The translations under genes were made by a program, and so were the position numbers. Positions 8,094 through 10,550 of a stretch of DNA of 10,550 nt are shown here, one piece after another. Source of the stretch: Candidatus Thorarchaeota archaeon (GTDB lineage: Archaea; Asgardarchaeota; Thorarchaeia; Thorarchaeales; Thorarchaeaceae); NCBI GenBank assembly GCA_016839605.1, contig JAEOTX010000111.1, positions 1 to 10,550 of the forward strand, given 5' to 3'. Positions within the stretch are counted from its first letter, which is position 1; each line of letters begins with the position of its first letter. Under the pieces are notes generated by a model. That model did not search any database and was not told the origin of the DNA. It saw nothing but the letters and a program-made list of their open reading frames with translations.

Positions 8094-8564
8094 ATGGACG
8101 AACCCACAGCAGATGATGTTAGAAAAGTTGGAATGTCTACTGTTGCCGCCGCGCACGTAGTCTATGTGGAAACAGTGCGTGCGGAATTCGGCGAGAAAGG
8201 GCTTGAGGCACTTGCTGAAGCAAATCGGCTTCATGGCATCGAACTGGGAGAAGATGGAATTAAGAGTGGAGGACTCAGAAAAGGCGACTTCAGGTCGATA
8301 TACGAGTTCTTTGCTGCGGCTCATCCTTTCTTTGGATTTGAACTTGAGATTACTGACATATCGGATAGATTGATTGACTTGAAAGTCACAGCATGTCCGT
8401 GGATTGATACCTTTAGAGCAAAAGGTGCCAATGAAGACATATGCCACTGGGTATGCAAGATTGATGAAGGCATTGCTCAAGCGGTTGACTCAGATCTCAT
8501 TATGTCCATCCCACTATGTATGATGCGTGGAGATAATCATTGCATCTATAGATGGCAAAAATAA
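8094..8564 (+). CDS. Small Cys-rich V4R / ATC-hydrolase-like protein (paralog 2)
   Basis: Motifs EFGEKGLEALAEANRLHGIELG, VTACPW, ICHWVCKIDEG and CMMRGDNHC. SD GGAG at 8082-8085. Confidence 0.78.
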   Translation: MDEPTADDVRKVGMSTVAAAHVVYVETVRAEFGEKGLEALAEANRLHGIELGEDGIKSGGLRKGDFRSIYEFFAAAHPFFGFELEITDISDRLIDLKVTACPWIDTFRAKGANEDICHWVCKIDEGIAQAVDSDLIMSIPLCMMRGDNHCIYRWQK

Positions 8565-8634
8565 CTCATGGTTCACCGCTGTCATGACCGTATATGAGTC
8601 AATTTCCGGATTTAAGATAGTTTCAACCGGAGCG

Positions 8635-8643
8635 CTTAATTAA
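8635..8643 (+). promoter_or_regulatory. Candidate TATA box for the FAD oxidoreductase/Fe-S unit
   Basis: CTTAATTAA about 65-75 nt upstream of ATG 8709, within a 144-nt intergenic gap. SD GGAGGT at 8696-8701. Confidence 0.35.
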
Positions 8644-8708
8644 TCCCTGACTCACTCATTCATTAAATCCGAGATATTGAGGTCCAATTCAATCTGGAGG
8701 TCCAGGAT

Positions 8709-10094
8709 ATGGTCGATGTTAAGAAGATCACTCAGCTTCTCACCAACGTTGTTGGTTCTGAAAGAATTACGGACAAAGATTTTGATATCATTCCGTATAG
8801 CAGAGACCTTAGTCCTGCTAAGCAGAAGATGCCTACCCATGTTGTAATGCCTGAAACCCGTGAAGAGATTCAGGGCATATTGAAGGTAGCCAATGACATA
8901 GATGTGCCAGTGTATGTTAGAGGCGGTGGCACCTCACATTGGGATGCCTTTCTCCCTCAAGTGTCGGGTCCAAGTATTATGCTTGATTTAGGAAGGATGA
9001 ACAAGGTTCTAGATATCAACGAGAGAGATCTTGTTGCGACTGTCCAAACCAACTGTACATGGGCGAAACTGGATCAAGAGTTACGCGAGAAAGGTCTCAC
9101 CTATCTTTGCAGCGAAGCTGGCGGCCCAGCAATGACTATCGGTGGTTCTGTCATGAAAGCTGGAGGAGGGCCTCATTCTACAGCGAAGTTTGGATTCCAT
9201 GGCAATCAAGACGTGATCACATTGGAGATGGTCCTCCCAAATGGTGATGTCGTAGAAACCGGTAGCGCAGCATGGCCCAGTGCAGGCAAGTTTGAACGAC
9301 AGTGCTTGGGCCCCGACCTAGCTGGCATGTTCATTGGGGCAGAAGGAATACTCGGGATCTGCACCGAATTGTCTCTTCGTATTCGTCCGGCAGTAGATAT
9401 CAGTGAACGATTGACTGCCACATTGCCGACACTTGATGATGTGATAGAGTTTGGGCATTACATCAATAGGCATGTAGGAGATGAGTTTCTTCAGGGCATC
9501 TACCTATGGGTGGATCCCACTGCTCCTGACGTGTTCTTCCTGATGATGGACATCTTTGGATATGAAGAGGAAATTTTTGCGCACCGTAAGAAACGGATAG
9601 TGGACAAGATTGAGCATCTTGGCGGCGAAATTGGGGACCGAGCTCCAGCTGATGATTACTACGGCCGTATTCTGACCGGTCTGACGGACCTCTTCAAAAC
9701 TGGAGTCTGGCATTTCTTTGGCTCAGGCTCACTGAGAATTGATGACATCTCCTTCTTGTATAAAGTGTGGAAAGAGGAAGTGATTGAGAAGAGAGGCTAC
9801 ACTAAAGCAGGATTCGGTGGACAGGTCCTTCCGCGAAGATGGCTGGCCTTCATGGTCACTAATTACAAGGAGCCAGAGGAATGGGACGAACTAGTCAAGA
9901 TGTGTGATGAGATTGACGAGATAGTCCTCAATGGACCTGTGGTCCCATACGGAATCGGAGGGCGAGACGGGCTTCGTCAATTCTTTGCGGCACGTGACAC
10001 TGGCTACTATCGATTACTGAAGACGCTCAAGAGAACGCTGGACCCCAAGAATATCTTGCAGCGTGGAATATTCATTCCTGAGGAGGATTTCTGA
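8709..10094 (+). CDS. FAD-linked oxidoreductase, VAO/PCMH fold (GlcD / D-lactate dehydrogenase-like)
   Basis: Motifs PVYVRGGGTS, LDLGRMNKVL, TIGGSV, LEMVLPNGDVV, GPDLAGMFIGAEGILGI and C-terminal LKRTLDPKNIL. Confidence 0.92.
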   Translation: MVDVKKITQLLTNVVGSERITDKDFDIIPYSRDLSPAKQKMPTHVVMPETREEIQGILKVANDIDVPVYVRGGGTSHWDAFLPQVSGPSIMLDLGRMNKVLDINERDLVATVQTNCTWAKLDQELREKGLTYLCSEAGGPAMTIGGSVMKAGGGPHSTAKFGFHGNQDVITLEMVLPNGDVVETGSAAWPSAGKFERQCLGPDLAGMFIGAEGILGICTELSLRIRPAVDISERLTATLPTLDDVIEFGHYINRHVGDEFLQGIYLWVDPTAPDVFFLMMDIFGYEEEIFAHRKKRIVDKIEHLGGEIGDRAPADDYYGRILTGLTDLFKTGVWHFFGSGSLRIDDISFLYKVWKEEVIEKRGYTKAGFGGQVLPRRWLAFMVTNYKEPEEWDELVKMCDEIDEIVLNGPVVPYGIGGRDGLRQFFAARDTGYYRLLKTLKRTLDPKNILQRGIFIPEEDF

Positions 10095-10550
10095 TGAGAA
10101 TCGAGGAATACAAGGACATGATCTATGCATGCGGGAGATGCAATTTGTGTCATGGAACTGACCTCGACGAGAGATGCCCCGAACTCTTCACGCAATACTG
10201 GGAATCGGCGACGCTAAGGGGACGGATGGCTATTGCCAGGGGAATTCTAGAGGGCAAACTTGACTACTCAGAGGAAATGGCGGAGCGTATCTTTGGATGT
10301 TTCATGTGTGGTCGATGCCAAGAGGAATGCAAGAAAGCGGCTGACATCAATACTGTCGAGATTACAAAGGCTATGCGGGCTGATTTTGTGGACAAGGGGA
10401 TTAAGATACCTGAAGCTGGATCCAAGATGGCTGACACCGTTGTAAACACAGGAAACATCTTCGCTGATTCTCCCGCGGTGCACACGAAATGGGCTGAGGG
10501 CTTGGAGTTCAAGAAGGGTGCTAAGACCTTATTCTATCCTGGATGCTTGG
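10094..10550 (+). CDS. (Fe-S)-binding oxidoreductase subunit (GlcF/GlpC/HdrD-like), 3'-truncated by window edge
   Basis: Absent from the ORF track because no stop lies in the window. ATG overlaps the upstream stop (TGATG). Manual translation MRIEEYKDMIYACGRCNLCHGTDLDERCP...RGR...GCFMCGRCQEECK...LFYPGC shows two 4Fe-4S motifs and the start of a CCG domain. SD GAGGAGG at 10080-10086. Confidence 0.9.
   Translation, partial: MRIEEYKDMIYACGRCNLCHGTDLDERCPELFTQYWESATLRGRMAIARGILEGKLDYSEEMAERIFGCFMCGRCQEECKKAADINTVEITKAMRADFVDKGIKIPEAGSKMADTVVNTGNIFADSPAVHTKWAEGLEFKKGAKTLFYPGCL

Noticed and set aside
7113-8480. Antisense ORFs over mttB and V4R paralog 2 (137 aa, 164 aa and others)
   Set aside because: Opposite well-supported genes and without recognisable domains.
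8595-8654. TGA(G/C)TCA matches the eukaryotic AP-1/GCN4 site
   Set aside because: A 7-mer match in a prokaryotic context with no bZIP evidence. Kept only as an inverted repeat.
10007-10512. Short ORF-track ORFs at the right end
   Set aside because: Superseded by the open Fe-S protein frame starting at 10094.
1-10550. CRISPR arrays, IS elements, rRNA/tRNA genes, selenocysteine or internal pyrrolysine codons, frameshifts
   Set aside because: No periodic repeats, transposase or integrase motifs, or interrupted reading frames were seen by eye.

Overview
Gene-dense window that looks archaeal: TATA-like boxes, GGTGA/GGAGG Shine-Dalgarno (SD) sites, TTG/GTG starts and an archaeal-type APC permease. 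An Asgard- or Bathyarchaeia-like host is plausible but is inference only. It holds 11 CDSs, two cut by the window edges. In order: a 5'-truncated Zn-dependent MDR dehydrogenase; a Cys-rich V4R/ATC-hydrolase-like protein; a Pol-beta-type nucleotidyltransferase divergent from a calcineurin-like metallophosphoesterase and a 2-TM protein; an APC permease; a corrinoid protein plus a non-pyrrolysine MttB-family methyltransferase plus a second V4R-like protein; and a GlcD-like FAD oxidoreductase lacking the usual His/Glu metal ligands, coupled to a 3'-truncated GlcF/HdrD-like Fe-S protein. It reads as a catabolic cluster for an unknown methylated amine or quaternary ammonium compound. The least explained part is the divergent NTase/phosphoesterase/2-TM module. 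No RNA genes, CRISPR arrays or mobile elements were seen. Family assignments come from motif recognition, not database searches.
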